The notes: generated by a model not told the origin, from the sequence alone. A DNA stretch of 64,000 nt from a virus (IMGVR_UViG_3300024272_000023), one strand, 5' to 3'. Positions 40,601 through 50,039 are shown, counted from the stretch's first letter. Numbers and translations: made by a program.

Positions 40601-41198
40601 CTAATAGCAATCTAATAGTAGCATCATTGGGATCTTCACTAATATTGTTGATTACTCCATCATAACTCCAACCTGCAATAGGAAGTAATTGTGTTGCATT
40701 ATACCAACCAGGTATGACTGTTGTTCCTGCTAATTGGCTAAAACCAGCAGCTAATGTTTCATCAAGATAGCCATACACTTCGCCATCACTTAAATCATAG
40801 TATGCGGTAATGGCGGTTCTTTCGAGATTTGTTGCAGGTTCTCCAATTTCAGGTCTATTGTCTACGATATAGCATTTTGAGTTATCTACAATATGGCGAT
40901 TGTGAATAAATGTTGCTTTAAATAATCTATAAAGTGCCTTTTCATCTATATTTTCTGTTGGAAGTTCATCAATTACATCCTGAATTGATGAAACATATTC
41001 TTTAATTTCATCTAAAGACATTCCGGTTAATGTTTCTGCGTCTTTAGCATTAATTTGTTTTCTTTGCAGTTTACCGTCTGCATCGGTATAATCTATGTGG
41101 AACGTGCCGTCGTCTACACAAAAATATGCATATCCATCGTGTAATGGTTGAGTTTCTAATGACGCACGGTTTCCTCGAAATGGTTTCCAAAGTGCCAT
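37656..41198 (-). CDS. multidomain accessory fibre/adhesin (N-terminal docking module, LamG-like region, BspA LRR)
   Basis: KPFRGN...DGYAYF N-terminus; KKYVD repeats; LPYNEWFNLKL; VTIIGDDAF LRRs. Confidence 0.65.
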   Translation of the reverse strand: MALWKPFRGNRASLETQPLHDGYAYFCVDDGTFHIDYTDADGKLQRKQINAKDAETLTGMSLDEIKEYVSSIQDVIDELPTENIDEKALYRLFKATFIHNRHIVDNSKCYIVDNRPEIGEPATNLERTAITAYYDLSDGEVYGYLDETLAAGFSQLAGTTVIPGWYNATQLLPIAGWSYDGVINNISEDPNDATIRLLLETKIYSYQNEWIELTNSIVDEKLPTPERDGHFAYTVQRRDGKDAYELHLISHSINEAYEDGELMYPYQIPLRENGIIKTAEPKEDLDAVNKKYVDASLEEVSSNKVSLMRTFDGEEDNNRVYYIKSTPVEVTSETLTVELNGNSIMVCALADSNSEYYDSSYSFINEDGSPMESAERGHPQYLPTPVVTISEDGATASWEAVEGAIGYRYLLGSPVPYSNAKKGFADSYNRVYVDRSNGKGINRRVTLSPNPFGPRDPDPEDFAQNKMMDSVPLRMDDGFLRVPVSNYGESQPAVGDDNYDENQRAMSKKYVDTAIEYAITEADNKASQAVSTAAKYADQKYSDAVTVINDTLDTAKRYADNYNSTTKQYPVASQSIKSKVLNINANSATTRAISRIKLMNGVGEYSLLSLDLKYNSSSSLRMSEIIFRSSQTYLFGLAFQLSNDVLTLLQYNTGSGGTGSDTICELPYNEWFNLKLYYHRAGNQSTLTVLVNDIEVASNINCYYSTAATTSTKDLTYIDWRINKKATIVNMDNILFVNSGSLTMPFANKITFEDEAFVNNYFEVYDESVAITEENNIFNVIEDSVCYIPLANENGELQGNVSEASGASILVNKGYVNDTITNAFTPGASEGLEYALNQDGTYTLTGIGTCSDTNLIIPAFYNGKKVTIIGDDAFNGNGAITSVKIPDTIVTIGERAFADCISLTDCTIGNNVSNIGFGAFAGCGNLNSIVIPASVETMGSTVFTNSFVLGFAIYCEAPSKPINWNDGWNRAQCAIEWGYKSAIKDYVDAKFAEIQGSEVTKDYIDSQDEAVKTYADGLYNKLNTNKVDSSAYNTLQKNFDNLEAKLSSGILDPGLKLTSLIHEVGEDRNPDPVYSDFSASTIISGVPHGKHYFITAEIKQTSGRSLINTFPLYLPIITADNNKIESYYVLTTALNSSNKMIKNYLYISGTGSTTNNNWELRFNLGNVDLTSITSVTYMIH

Positions 41199-41234
41199 TT
41201 GTTTTCTCCTCTCTGAGTAAGAAATTTTAAAATA

Positions 41235-41260
41235 AGGCTAGTGAGTTTCCCCACTAGCCT
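41235..41260 (-). terminator. terminator-like hairpin
   Basis: AGGCTAGTG-agtttccc-CACTAGCCT with a T-run on the minus strand. Confidence 0.65.
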
Positions 41261-41283
41261 GTTTGATTTTGGTTATTTATTAA

Positions 41284-43356
41284 TTAAAACTCGCCCCAAG
41301 TAAGAAGAGCTTCAATCTCAGTCTTGTTGTAAGTTTCAGTCTTAGCATAAACATCTGCAGAATTTGCCTTCTTAGCAACCTCTGCGTCGTTAGAAGTCTT
41401 GTATGCCTCAAGTGCATCGTTAACAACCTTTACATCAGCGTCAATTTCGGCCTGAAGTTCAGACTTAAGAGTAGCATCAGCCGCAACATAAGCGTCGTGG
41501 TCGATAGCTTCAAGAGTATCAAGTCTTGCATCAAGAGCAGTATTGATATCATCAGCATGCTTCTTAGCCTCAGCAAGCTTAGCAGAAGCATCTTCCTTGG
41601 TTTCGTAAGTAGCAGCGTCTGCAGTAGCCTGGTCAGCAATAGCCTTAGTATTAGCAGCGATATCTTCCTTATTCTTGTCGATATCAGTTCTGAAACCTTC
41701 TGCTATTGTACCGTGGTCCTCAACATACTTAGTAAACTCGTTGATAGAGTTGATAGCGCCCTCTGCATCAGGGTTGTTCATAATGGTGTTGATCTGAGTC
41801 TGAAGACCCGCTTCAGCAGCCTCTGCACGCTCCTTCTCGGCAGCGATAGCATCAGCGTTGTCAGAAATAAGACCACGAACTTCCTCATCATCATAAGCGT
41901 CTGCGATAAGAGCAAACTTACCGTCTGCCTCTTCCTTTGTATATCTGTCTGCAACTGCAGCATCGTTAGACTCTACATATGCAGCGAGGTCATCAGCAAC
42001 CTTCTTAACATTCTCCTTGGTCTCGAAGTTAGCAATGTCAGCAGCCTTAAGATAATCGCCAGCAATTTCTGCAATAGCATCAGCATTATCAGAAATAAGA
42101 CCACGCACCTCTGCGTCATCGTAGTTGTCTACATCAGCAAGTCTAGCAATCTCAGCATCAGAAACAAGAGAGTAACCGGTAACCTTGTCAACCTTCTTAC
42201 CGAGCTCAGTAGTCATAGTCTCGGAATCAGCCTTCTTAGCGATATCAGCCTTTACCTGAGTATCATCATAGTTGTGAAGTGTAACAAGTCTTTCGATTTC
42301 AGAAGTAGCGATAAGATCCTTGCCATCAACCTTGTCCACCTTCTTACCAAGTTCAGTGGTCATAGCCTCAGCATCAGCCTTCTTAGCAATGTCAGCCTTA
42401 ACCTGAGTGTCGTCATAGTTAGCAAGAGTTGCGAGTCTTGCAATCTCGGAATCAGCGATGAGAGACTTGCCTTCTACCTTGTCAACCTTGCCAGCAAGAG
42501 CAGTCTCAACCTCAGTCTTAACTGCAGCCGCATCAGCAGTTGCCTTAACACCAGCAAGAGCCTCGTTGTTAGAAGTCTTGTAGTTCTCAAGAGCAGTATT
42601 TACATCACCGATAGAGTCTTCAATAGCAGTCTTGTCAGCAGAAATAAGATGATCTGCAACAACGCCGTTCCATTTTGCAACATCGCCAGCAACAATCTTG
42701 TTAAGCTCAGACTCAACGAAGGTATGAGCGTGCTTCTTAGCAACAGCGTCAGCAAGGTCTGCCTCGGTCTGAGTGTAAGTGTCAAGAAGTGCCTTGTTTG
42801 CGTGCTCATGGTCAACAGCCTCAAGAGCCTCAACACGAGCATTCATAGCCTCGTCAAGGTCGTCCGCATAGTCCTTTGCGTTCTGCTCAGCAGCGTCCCA
42901 AGCGGATACCTTATCAGCGGTGATACCATCAAGAACGGTCTTGTTGTTGTGAGAGTGCTGTACGCCAGAAGCAGCGTTAATCTTTGCAGCAAGATCAGCG
43001 TTAAGGTCACCCTCTGCAACCTCAGACTTGTACGCCATAGAGCCAAGACCAAGAAGAGTCTTAAGCTCCTCCGCTGTAGGCTGCTTGTTAATCTGAATCC
43101 AGCCCTTCTCAGCATCATATCTTGCAAGAATATTCTCTGCGGTGCAGTAGTACATGCAAGTCTCGTGCGCACCAGAAGCAGGGAGAGCCTCAACATTAGC
43201 AACTGTGATAAAATCACCATAGCGATGATAAGAACCATCCTCCATACCAATATAGATGCCTTCGTCTTTAGTGAAATAAAGAGCACCAGCAGTGGCGGTC
43301 TGAGGTAAGTTTGCCACATTACCTCTCAGAAATTTAATCATGTTTTCGTTAGCCAT
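41284..43356 (-). CDS. abundant helical repeat fibre protein (N-terminal docking module, C-terminal WGEF)
   Basis: GGAGG RBS before MANEN; ~49-aa YDDTQVKADIAKKAD...KVDKV repeats; capsid-like codon bias. Confidence 0.7.
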   Translation of the reverse strand: MANENMIKFLRGNVANLPQTATAGALYFTKDEGIYIGMEDGSYHRYGDFITVANVEALPASGAHETCMYYCTAENILARYDAEKGWIQINKQPTAEELKTLLGLGSMAYKSEVAEGDLNADLAAKINAASGVQHSHNNKTVLDGITADKVSAWDAAEQNAKDYADDLDEAMNARVEALEAVDHEHANKALLDTYTQTEADLADAVAKKHAHTFVESELNKIVAGDVAKWNGVVADHLISADKTAIEDSIGDVNTALENYKTSNNEALAGVKATADAAAVKTEVETALAGKVDKVEGKSLIADSEIARLATLANYDDTQVKADIAKKADAEAMTTELGKKVDKVDGKDLIATSEIERLVTLHNYDDTQVKADIAKKADSETMTTELGKKVDKVTGYSLVSDAEIARLADVDNYDDAEVRGLISDNADAIAEIAGDYLKAADIANFETKENVKKVADDLAAYVESNDAAVADRYTKEEADGKFALIADAYDDEEVRGLISDNADAIAAEKERAEAAEAGLQTQINTIMNNPDAEGAINSINEFTKYVEDHGTIAEGFRTDIDKNKEDIAANTKAIADQATADAATYETKEDASAKLAEAKKHADDINTALDARLDTLEAIDHDAYVAADATLKSELQAEIDADVKVVNDALEAYKTSNDAEVAKKANSADVYAKTETYNKTEIEALLTWGEF

Positions 43357-43396
43357 AGATTTGTCCTCCATTAAATAAAAAATTTAAATATTTGAA

Positions 43397-44953
43397 TTAA
43401 ATAACTTGTCCAATACCATTATTGAAGACAAGTTCGTTACCATTATAAATGTTGTTTGCGACAGCTCCATCAACAACAGATCCTGTCACCTTGATAATTT
43501 CGCCTACATTTTCTTCTGCCTCAGCAGGGTTAGTATTAGCATTAACCATAGTATTATTCATAATAGCTAACACTGCACCATCTTTAGTGGTGATTCGCAT
43601 TGCGCGGCTACCAGTATTACTGATTATATTGTTGTCAATGAGCATAGATCCGCTAGCCCCAACAACTTGGATTGCGTTGTGTTCGCAATCTTTGATTTTG
43701 TTATTACGAATAATGACATTTTTAGATGTTCCCTGCACTAATATAGCAGTCTTTTCTTTAAGATTTACCGCACTATTAGTCGCTTCGAACTCACACTTTT
43801 CGATAACAAGACCGTTGGTAGTACAATTTCCAATATGAACAACTGCACCGTTTACGAAGTCGCAATCAACAACAGACATGTTATCTATATTATCATTGTT
43901 TGCAATAATACCCTCGCCATTAAATGTGATATTCTTTAATGTCAGGCCATATGGAACCCCGTAGTTGGCAGTATCCATCAAACGAATCTTCTTTATACGC
44001 ACACCGTCTTCGCCAAGCAAAGTAATGTTAGATTTGGTCGCATCCGTAAACTCAATCATACCGTAATCGCCAGTCATTATTTTTACTGTATCGCCGTCGT
44101 TTGCAGCAGCAATAGCTTTTTGAACAGTCGAATAACAAGTGTTGCCTATTTTTGCAACGCCGACATCAGAACCAAGTTCTTCCCACATCATATAATTATT
44201 TTCAATGGCACGAGAAATTGCATTCTTCATTTCGTCACTTGTAACATAAAGCATCTGCAATGTATCTATAGTAACTCGATCCTTGTCCGTAAAGTCGCAC
44301 TCCGGCACAAATAAACCATTATCTTCTGCGACAACTAAAGCGTTACCATCTGCCTCACTAATCTTTACCGAAATAGTACTGCCATTGATGTCGATTCCGG
44401 CGCCAGTCACTGGTTGAAAATGAGAAGTTCCATATGTAAACCACTTTTCGCCATTCCAGCAATATTCCGAACCATCAGCTTCAATTTCATACAAATCACC
44501 TTGAACGGCATTTGTAGGTAAATCTTCTACTGTTGGCACAGAACCCTTGTAATGAATACCACCAACAACTTGCTTTTCAACTTCCGTTAATCTTTGTTCA
44601 ATTGGTTGTAAATCGATCGTCGCAAATAAACCATCAGAATTTACAGCGATAAGGTTATTGGTAGCCTTTGAAATATTGACACCAATTTTACTGTCCGAAA
44701 TAACCAACGATCCATCAACGGGTTCTAAGGTGGATGCGGGACCAGCAGCAATCAACTTCTTAAGCTCAGCATAGTCTTCGGGGGATAAAAGACCTGCTGC
44801 CTGTTCGGTTGCAAGTGCACCAGTGCCATACAGCTGGTCGCCCTTGAATAATTCAGAAGTCTCAATTATCCAATACAGACAGGAAGAATCTTTATTTTCG
44901 AGTGCCAAGAACGTAGCCTTCAGCTTGACGCTTATAAATTTAACTCCCATCAT
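43397..44953 (-). CDS. fibre protein with right-handed beta-helix (pectin-lyase-like) C-terminal domain
   Basis: YSTVQKAIAAANDGDTVKI followed by Asn-ladder beta-helix repeats. Confidence 0.7.
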   Translation of the reverse strand: MMGVKFISVKLKATFLALENKDSSCLYWIIETSELFKGDQLYGTGALATEQAAGLLSPEDYAELKKLIAAGPASTLEPVDGSLVISDSKIGVNISKATNNLIAVNSDGLFATIDLQPIEQRLTEVEKQVVGGIHYKGSVPTVEDLPTNAVQGDLYEIEADGSEYCWNGEKWFTYGTSHFQPVTGAGIDINGSTISVKISEADGNALVVAEDNGLFVPECDFTDKDRVTIDTLQMLYVTSDEMKNAISRAIENNYMMWEELGSDVGVAKIGNTCYSTVQKAIAAANDGDTVKIMTGDYGMIEFTDATKSNITLLGEDGVRIKKIRLMDTANYGVPYGLTLKNITFNGEGIIANNDNIDNMSVVDCDFVNGAVVHIGNCTTNGLVIEKCEFEATNSAVNLKEKTAILVQGTSKNVIIRNNKIKDCEHNAIQVVGASGSMLIDNNIISNTGSRAMRITTKDGAVLAIMNNTMVNANTNPAEAEENVGEIIKVTGSVVDGAVANNIYNGNELVFNNGIGQVI

Positions 44954-45024
44954 TGTGTTCTCCTTTCTAAAAAAATAATATATGGAAAGCCGCCACGGCT
45001 AACCAACTAAATTAATGTTTTAAA

Positions 45025-45447
45025 TTACAATTCTTCCCAGGCATACCCGCTACTAGCGCTACTAACCTCTTGATCAATGTAATCGTAAATTTGCTTTTCT
45101 ATATCTTTTACTGCACCCACCGTAATAACAACGTTATATTCCTCGCCTTCAGGAATATCTTCAACATTGGTTATTGGTGCATAAATTGTCTGTAGCCAAG
45201 AATCTCTTGAGGGTGAAAGCATAAACCCAGACTTTGTATCCGTGATATAATAGACCACTCCGTCTGCAGCACACTCAAAACTAGGCAAGTCGTCACGGGT
45301 GGGCACTACTCTAACTCCGTCGGTATAAACACAGTCGCCCTTAAATATTTCACTAGAATCCTCACAGAAATAGAGGGCATTAGGATCATATGTCTCACGA
45401 TTGAGATACTTACTCTTTGTGGTTTTTACAAATCTTACATTAGCCAT
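45025..45447 (-). CDS. small connector protein (docking modules plus C-terminal WEEL)
   Basis: VRFVK...DPNALYF...IFKGD, VPTRDDLP...W, terminal YAWEEL. Confidence 0.6.
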   Translation of the reverse strand: MANVRFVKTTKSKYLNRETYDPNALYFCEDSSEIFKGDCVYTDGVRVVPTRDDLPSFECAADGVVYYITDTKSGFMLSPSRDSWLQTIYAPITNVEDIPEGEEYNVVITVGAVKDIEKQIYDYIDQEVSSASSGYAWEEL

Positions 45448-45458
45448 ATGTTATCACC

Positions 45459-45968
45459 TCACTCCTCTTCCCAAATATATTCACTGTCGGTTTCATCTTC
45501 AGTCCACTCATCATAGGGATTCAAGTCTGTTGGATCTGGTACAACTAAGTCGTCTGTCACCTCTTGAATTGTCCAAGAAAGGATTTTTCGATCACTTATT
45601 TCAGGCACATATACTACACCAGGCCTACCATCGCCACCAGGGATATCAGGAGCAAGTTCTTCAGGTTTGGGCGCAACGGGCACTCTAATTTTATTGGTTA
45701 TGAGTCCACGACCATCCTCGGCGGAAACCTGGAAATAACCCTCATGGAGCACCTCTTTGGGTACTCGACACATATGATTTTCATCGAGCGGTTCGCGGTA
45801 GTTCTTGCCACGATAACTGAAAATAGCAGTCTTGGTGGGAGAGATCTCCCAGTCAGGGGTGTTGAAGTTGAATTTAAATACAGTATTTGGATAGGAGTCG
45901 GCATAGATTACGCCAGAAGTGAATCGGCGCATACGAGAATTTGCGAGATTAAAGATAAAAATCTGCAT
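45459..45968 (-). CDS. BppU-N-like anchor protein ending WEEE
   Basis: FKFNF.TPDW...KTAIF...CRVPKEVL pattern; VYVPEI...ILSWT. Confidence 0.55.
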   Translation of the reverse strand: MQIFIFNLANSRMRRFTSGVIYADSYPNTVFKFNFNTPDWEISPTKTAIFSYRGKNYREPLDENHMCRVPKEVLHEGYFQVSAEDGRGLITNKIRVPVAPKPEELAPDIPGGDGRPGVVYVPEISDRKILSWTIQEVTDDLVVPDPTDLNPYDEWTEDETDSEYIWEEE

Positions 45969-45993
45969 GTCGCATCAACTCCTTTCTTTGTTA

Positions 45994-46215
45994 TTAAAGT
46001 TCGTGGTTGTCCCACTTTTGTTTTGCTTCTCTTGTTTCAGGGCATTTCTTCCATACGAAAACGAGAGCATCCGGTCTATGTTCACTTGAAAATAAAATAT
46101 CAAGCATAAAATCTGGCCCAAGATGCTCTAGGTATTTCTTAACCTGAAGCATATTAGTCAGATAGACACAGTCGCTCGGTTCATATGATTTGCCCGTAAT
46201 TTTGCTTGTAATCAT
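45994..46215 (-). CDS. DUF5659-like small protein
   Basis: VYLTNMLQVKKYL...LVFVW...TREAKQKW pattern. Confidence 0.5.
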   Translation of the reverse strand: MITSKITGKSYEPSDCVYLTNMLQVKKYLEHLGPDFMLDILFSSEHRPDALVFVWKKCPETREAKQKWDNHEL

Positions 46216-46266
46216 CTTAATTTTCTCCTTTTTATCAGCGTAAAAAATAGGGATATCAGCTAAATC

Positions 46267-46458
46267 CTATTCAGATGTAGAGATATCCCTATCAATTATA
46301 ATTACTTCTACATCCTCTGCTGGGATAACTTCTTTTTTAGATTCTGCCAAACATTCTTTACTACAGAATCCTAAATCTTTATAATAAATTGGTTTGAAGA
46401 CACACGCTCTACAATATGCAAAGCGTGAGCCACATTGTTTGCATACATGGACATCCAT
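46267..46458 (-). CDS. small zinc-finger protein
   Basis: CKQC, CRAC and FCSKEC motifs; follows the major tail gene. Confidence 0.6.
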   Translation of the reverse strand: MDVHVCKQCGSRFAYCRACVFKPIYYKDLGFCSKECLAESKKEVIPAEDVEVIIIDRDISTSE

Positions 46459-46478
46459 ATGTGCCTCCTAAGTAAAAT

Positions 46479-46501
46479 CGGAGAGGAGTTTCCTCCCCTC
46501 C
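46479..46501 (-). terminator. hairpin after the major tail gene
   Basis: GGAGAGGAG-tttc-CTCCCCTCC. Confidence 0.55.
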
Positions 46502-46516
46502 AAGAAAGTGTCAAGC

Positions 46517-47287
46517 TTACGCTCTAAGAGCCTCGTCCTTAACGATAACGATATCAACGAGTTTTCTCTCAGCATCGCAGTAAGCGGGCATAGCAGTAAT
46601 CTCAAATGCATGAGCACCGTCTCTAGCCATACCCCACTCAGCCTCACCAGAGAGCTTACCTCTCATGAAGAGGAATGCGAAGTAGATTTCCTGAGAGCAA
46701 AGGTCACGAAGAAGAACCTCTGCAGTGATGTCAAGAAGCTCATTCTCTGCGTCAGCAAGAGCAGTGATCTGCTCACCAGCAGGAGCCTCGATGTCATAAA
46801 CTACAAGATACTTAGCATCCTTAGTGCCACCAGTAAGTGCCTTCTCAGCAACAGTTACAGTAGTGGATGCAGTAGCAGTCTTGAAGGAACCGTCGCTTGC
46901 GAGCTCGTAAACAACGGGAGTTGTGTCTGCAACAGGAGTGTAGGTAATGTTGCCCTTACCATCAGCATCACAAGTTACCATCTCGAACTTGGTGATGGTT
47001 GCACCAGTAGAATCCTTAACCGCAGAACCAACCTGTGCAGCAAGGATAGAAGTATTGAAGAATGCGTTAGAAGCACCGAAAGTTGCGCCTCTACCGTTCT
47101 GAAGAACCATAACTACATTGTTTCTGGCATCTACAATGTCTTCGGTTTCAGAAGTAAAATTAAGTGTAGGTTCTGTGATCTGCTCTGCCCAGAAAGCAAG
47201 CTGACCGGCCTTAATGCCCTTATCTGCATTTGCACCTACGTAAGTACCAGCGACCGAGATCGCTCTATCAAACGCGAATTGTGCCAT
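46517..47287 (-). CDS. major tail tube protein
   Basis: Position after the connector genes, high-expression codon bias, beta-rich, GGAGG RBS with a U-rich leader. Confidence 0.75.
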   Translation of the reverse strand: MAQFAFDRAISVAGTYVGANADKGIKAGQLAFWAEQITEPTLNFTSETEDIVDARNNVVMVLQNGRGATFGASNAFFNTSILAAQVGSAVKDSTGATITKFEMVTCDADGKGNITYTPVADTTPVVYELASDGSFKTATASTTVTVAEKALTGGTKDAKYLVVYDIEAPAGEQITALADAENELLDITAEVLLRDLCSQEIYFAFLFMRGKLSGEAEWGMARDGAHAFEITAMPAYCDAERKLVDIVIVKDEALRA

Positions 47288-47354
47288 AATAATTTCCTCC
47301 ATAAAATAAAATTTTTATATTATATTTTTCATACATAAATTAAAAGAGATGTGA

Positions 47355-48149
47355 TTATCTAACCACACCGTCGGCAATTTCCTTGCCTTTATAATTTTCA
47401 TCATCTGTTATATTTCGAGTCCAGTTAAGGACTGTCTTGTCCATTTTCTTAGTGTCTACAAATCCAGAATACATACCACCCATGGCGGCATCCGCCTGAA
47501 CTATTATGTTTAACCTCGAAAGATCATCCATAAGTTCAAAGATCCCCATATCACGAATGTAATCCATACTATATCCTTGCCTACACTTCACCGCAGAAAT
47601 CACAGGCCTCAAAAAAGATTCGTGCGGCTTATTTTTAGCCACTTCAATATCTTGTCGGGCAACCCTAATCATTGCTCTACGCGCCATTTCGTTGCCGGCA
47701 GGTCTATATTCTTTCTTGAAGTTGTGCATCTTACGAATATATGTCGTCAAAACTTCGTGAATTATAGGTGTAATTACAACCGGATTCGTGTCATTCTCGG
47801 TGCCCTCATACACCAACACAACTTCTTCTGTCTGTCCATACGGACGAGGTTTGAATTTAGTTAAATCTAAATCACCAAGAAGAAGACGAGTTGTTTCTGG
47901 TTTGAAAGACTGACAAAGCATCATAAAAAGTTCAAAATCTTTAATCTTCATATAGTTAAGCTTCATATCATCCAATTGCACCATCATACTGCTCGGCGTT
48001 GCACATAGCGTTTGTGCCATGTAAAAATAGGCACTTTCACCAAATTCGGCAACATCACGAATTTTGGGGCACTTCAACACGATGCCGTGTGCAATTTTTA
48101 TATCATCAGACATATAAAGTTTGAGTTCGTCTACTTGAAAACCTTCCAT
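47355..48149 (-). CDS. tail-associated conserved protein (chaperone-like)
   Basis: Position; C-terminal GMYSGFVDTKKMDK..LNW motif. Confidence 0.45.
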   Translation of the reverse strand: MEGFQVDELKLYMSDDIKIAHGIVLKCPKIRDVAEFGESAYFYMAQTLCATPSSMMVQLDDMKLNYMKIKDFELFMMLCQSFKPETTRLLLGDLDLTKFKPRPYGQTEEVVLVYEGTENDTNPVVITPIIHEVLTTYIRKMHNFKKEYRPAGNEMARRAMIRVARQDIEVAKNKPHESFLRPVISAVKCRQGYSMDYIRDMGIFELMDDLSRLNIIVQADAAMGGMYSGFVDTKKMDKTVLNWTRNITDDENYKGKEIADGVVR

Positions 48150-48152
48150 AAT

Positions 48153-48677
48153 TTATCTCCTTAAACCATATTCATAAGGATTAGTTCTGCAAGGTTTAGT
48201 AGAATTGTTATCAACAAGTTCAAACTTCAATGTACGAGTAATATAATCGGTGTCAGTCGCACCTTCCCCATTGCTAACCAAGTTCATCTGAGGGCCAAGC
48301 ATATCCGACAGATTAAAGATATCCCTAATTAGATATCCTAAACAATCGTGTCTAGCCATACCAAAAATAGGTTTTTTAGCCATATCTTTATGGACAAATA
48401 TAACAAACTGAACATATTGATTTTTCATTACCTCATTTCGTGGCGATAGACCCATATCACTAATAGAAAAGGTAATATAATTTTTTGATTTATCTTGCAC
48501 GCCAGGGATTCGTATAAACGGCCATATAGACGAATATAACAAATCTTCGGGGCAAGAGGGGTCGATATCCTTGTCGTCAATAACTTCAACAATATCGGGG
48601 TCAGAATAAAGTGCTTGTTCAATGATACGCTTCTTACGAATAATATCATCATCTACTTTTTGAATATCACGTTTCAT
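48153..48677 (-). CDS. tail terminator-like protein
   Basis: Position after the head-closure gene; IWPFIRIP...KNYITF...RHDCLGYLI. Confidence 0.55.
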   Translation of the reverse strand: MKRDIQKVDDDIIRKKRIIEQALYSDPDIVEVIDDKDIDPSCPEDLLYSSIWPFIRIPGVQDKSKNYITFSISDMGLSPRNEVMKNQYVQFVIFVHKDMAKKPIFGMARHDCLGYLIRDIFNLSDMLGPQMNLVSNGEGATDTDYITRTLKFELVDNNSTKPCRTNPYEYGLRR

Positions 48678-49744
48678 TAACCAATCACCTCCACGCTAAC
48701 TTCTGCGGTCGAACCATCAGTACCAACAACCTGAATGATAAGCACCTTTCCTATTAGATAGTAATTCTGTGCAACCTTAATCTTAAGCAACTCGCCACTA
48801 TACTCAATGGTGTAATTTTCCGTATCAGAGGAGACGTCTCCATTCTCGTCGCTAATAAGCCACGACTGTGCGGCCACTCCCTCGTTGCTGAAGGCGGGCG
48901 TAAAGGTTTTGAAGCTTCCACCGACTTTGATTGTAGCAGCAATTCCAGAATAAGTTATTGCGGCAGTGCCAGCAAGTTCGGTCTCAATGTCGGGCTCAAC
49001 AGGTTCGACGGTGCTATCATAATAATTTGCAAGCATAAGCTCGGCATTATCATGAGTGGGATCGAACGTTTGTTGACTCAATACAAATTTGGTGATGCCT
49101 AACGGCATTGTATCAATAATATTACCAACACTAAAACACAAGGGCGTTTTACGCCCATAATCAGAAATTAAAAACCTCTGTTTGTGGTCGATTAACTGAG
49201 TGTCTATATTAGTAGACATCCAAGCTATTGCATTGCCGTTGACAACGGAGGTATACGAATTTTCGTCCACCTCTCTAGTTGAACTGCCTTGACGCAAAAT
49301 TCCAAGATGGTAATAAATCTTACCTTCAGATACCCATCCAAACTTCCAATTGCATTCGGCAATGTGATATTGCCTGAAAGCTGGACGCTCATCCAATCCA
49401 AGAATCATCCACCACTTCCATTCGCCATCTTCGTCTGCCATATATACATATGAACCGACGCCAATATCAGGATTGCGCTTTTCAGCACCGTGACGGAATT
49501 GGAGGTGATAAGCTGGCTCGTCCGAACCAACCTTTTGGTAGGTGTCAACATTAAACTTAACATCAATAAGTTCATGTTTGTCTGTCACTGTGGGTAAACC
49601 ACGAGTGGCTTTAACCACATAGACTCGTCTCGCATTTGGATCATTCATCCAAGTTTGCTCAATAACCATATTGGACTGCATACGGAGCATTTCACTTTGA
49701 GTCGAGCCCATATGAGCCATACGGCTTTTGTAATGGTCAAACAT
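48677..49744 (-). CDS. head closure / neck protein with C-terminal Ig-like domain
   Basis: Position; IGVGSYVY...IAECNW; C-terminal IKVGGSFKTF beta domain. Confidence 0.55.
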   Translation of the reverse strand: MFDHYKSRMAHMGSTQSEMLRMQSNMVIEQTWMNDPNARRVYVVKATRGLPTVTDKHELIDVKFNVDTYQKVGSDEPAYHLQFRHGAEKRNPDIGVGSYVYMADEDGEWKWWMILGLDERPAFRQYHIAECNWKFGWVSEGKIYYHLGILRQGSSTREVDENSYTSVVNGNAIAWMSTNIDTQLIDHKQRFLISDYGRKTPLCFSVGNIIDTMPLGITKFVLSQQTFDPTHDNAELMLANYYDSTVEPVEPDIETELAGTAAITYSGIAATIKVGGSFKTFTPAFSNEGVAAQSWLISDENGDVSSDTENYTIEYSGELLKIKVAQNYYLIGKVLIIQVVGTDGSTAEVSVEVIG

Positions 49745-50039
49745 TGGAATCACCACCCTTTAAAGTGTCTACCAAATTGGCAGCATCAAGGATGCACTTT
49801 CGGAACTGTATTGGATTTTGACGTGCGGTTTCCAGATTGCTCACAATAGTAAGCACCTCGGGCTGGAAACCAAATAAAACATTTGAGCCGAGGATTTGAT
49901 TAATTAAGGTTTGAATTGTTGCATCTAAAAAAGGACTGTTATCCTCTTTAAGGTATAAACAATTAATTATTGCGCCATAGAAATAGCGCTTTTGTTTTTC
50001 AATTTGATTCGACGGTACATTTTCATAAACATTTCTCAT
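49737..50039 (-). CDS. hypothetical neck-region protein
   Basis: GAGGTG RBS; overlaps the downstream head-closure gene. Confidence 0.55.
   Translation of the reverse strand: MRNVYENVPSNQIEKQKRYFYGAIINCLYLKEDNSPFLDATIQTLINQILGSNVLFGFQPEVLTIVSNLETARQNPIQFRKCILDAANLVDTLKGGDSNV

Noticed and set aside
41497-43308. 603-aa plus-strand ORF, and similar antisense ORFs at 46508-47338, 30475-31281 and 32176-32844
   Set aside because: Shadow frames of strongly codon-biased or repetitive minus-strand genes; Ser/Leu-rich, with no evident RBS or domain pattern
46247-46292. Long hairpin overlapping the zinc-finger gene stop as a possible readthrough signal
   Set aside because: It is followed by a U-run on the minus strand and is adequately explained as a terminator or attenuator; readthrough would add only a short tail
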